From a bacterium (lineage in GTDB: Bacteria; Bacillota; Clostridia; Christensenellales; DTU072), in NCBI GenBank assembly GCA_963644945.1, contig CAVIQK010000002.1, forward strand, positions 111,326-175,325: a stretch of DNA of 64,000 nucleotides. Direction: 5' to 3'. Both the position numbers and the translations under genes were made by a program. The notes under the pieces are model-generated. The model did not search any database, had not been told where the DNA came from, and saw only the letters and a list, made by a program, of their open reading frames with translations. The first letter of the stretch is position 1. Every line of letters begins with the position of its first letter. This document shows positions 63,466 through 64,000 of the stretch, one piece after another.

Positions 63466-64000
63466 ATGAGTAGAGTAGAAGTGAAAAATTTGACATATAG
63501 ATATCCATATGGAGTCTATGCATTAAACAATTTATGCTTTTCTTTAGAAAATGAAATAATTGCGGTTGTCGGGAATATTGAGTCAGGTAAATCTACCTTG
63601 CTAAGGGTTCTAGCGGGACTTCTTGACGGATATTCAGGCAATATTATTACGGATATTGATGACAAAAAATCAATATTATATGTACCGGATAGAGATCTTT
63701 TTTTTAATAATAAGTCTGTATATTACAACTTATCGTATCCTCTTAAAATTCGAAATATAGATGAACGTGAAATTGAGAGACGAATAAAAAATGTAGCCAA
63801 AGAATTTTGTATTGAAAGAATATTGGATGCAAAAATAAAAAATATTTCAAATGCCGATAAAGTTAATGTAGCCTATTCACGACTATTTTTGAGAGATGCA
63901 AACCTTTATCTTATTGATGATTATTTTGAAATTTTAGACGAAAATATCAAATACGATTTTATCAAAAATTTATCTAAAAAAATTAAAGATATAAATAAGA
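63466..64000 (+). CDS. ABC-transporter ATP-binding-like protein, N-terminal 178 aa (3' end outside window), MalK/MsmX-like with degenerate motifs
   Basis: My own translation; not in the track because it runs off the window. MSRVEVKNLTYRYPYGVYALNNLCFSLENEIIAVVGNIESGKSTLLRVLAGL... has an intact Walker A. The signature reads ISNAD and Walker B reads LYLIDDY. Confidence 0.8.
   Translation, partial: MSRVEVKNLTYRYPYGVYALNNLCFSLENEIIAVVGNIESGKSTLLRVLAGLLDGYSGNIITDIDDKKSILYVPDRDLFFNNKSVYYNLSYPLKIRNIDEREIERRIKNVAKEFCIERILDAKIKNISNADKVNVAYSRLFLRDANLYLIDDYFEILDENIKYDFIKNLSKKIKDINK

Overview
This 64-kb window comes from a low-GC Gram-positive (Bacillota/Clostridia-like) chromosome. It is almost entirely core housekeeping genes in Bacillus-like synteny. 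Genes are tightly packed, with many ATGA or 4-18 nt start/stop overlaps, and nearly all lie on the + strand. Gene order: smc-ftsY | ylxM-ffh-rpsP-khpA-rimM-trmD-rbgA-rnhB-yraN | rplS plus a 729-aa membrane protein | comM-dprA-topA-trmFO-hslVU-hisS-rseC-like-trxA | glyA-nifS-nifU | two minus-strand genes (acyltransferase-like, LUD domain) | lepA-hemW | CIRCE-hrcA-grpE-dnaK-dnaJ-prmA-rsmE-mtaB-HIT | rpsU | dnaG-rpoD-trmK-nif3-Zn ribbon-dapL | lacZ-TM protein-patatin-EIIC-polA-coaE-dinB | minus-strand degV-apbE-NusG_II-Gx transporter | nagB | two tRNA-Leu (minus) | galU-hpf-sugar isomerase-pgi | thiN, convergent with a TPP-riboswitch-controlled thiT fusion | partial ABC ATPase. I found no CRISPR array, transposase, integrase, prophage or recognisable defence genes, and no convincing novel multi-gene system. 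Six observations deserve a second look. (1) Synonymous codon usage switches regionally between the left ~25 kb and the rest, even though synteny is unbroken. (2) The degV-apbE-NusG_II-Gx operon encodes a NusG_II protein that ends in a truncated flavinylation-like motif (DAVTGA-stop). (3) Four genes have a -10 box 6-7 nt upstream of the ATG and no Shine-Dalgarno, so they look leaderless. (4) thiT carries an extra ~185-aa multi-TM N-terminal half. (5) The partial ABC ATPase has degenerate catalytic motifs. (6) rplS is displaced from the trmD operon. Functional calls rest on motif recognition by eye and on synteny; no searches were run.
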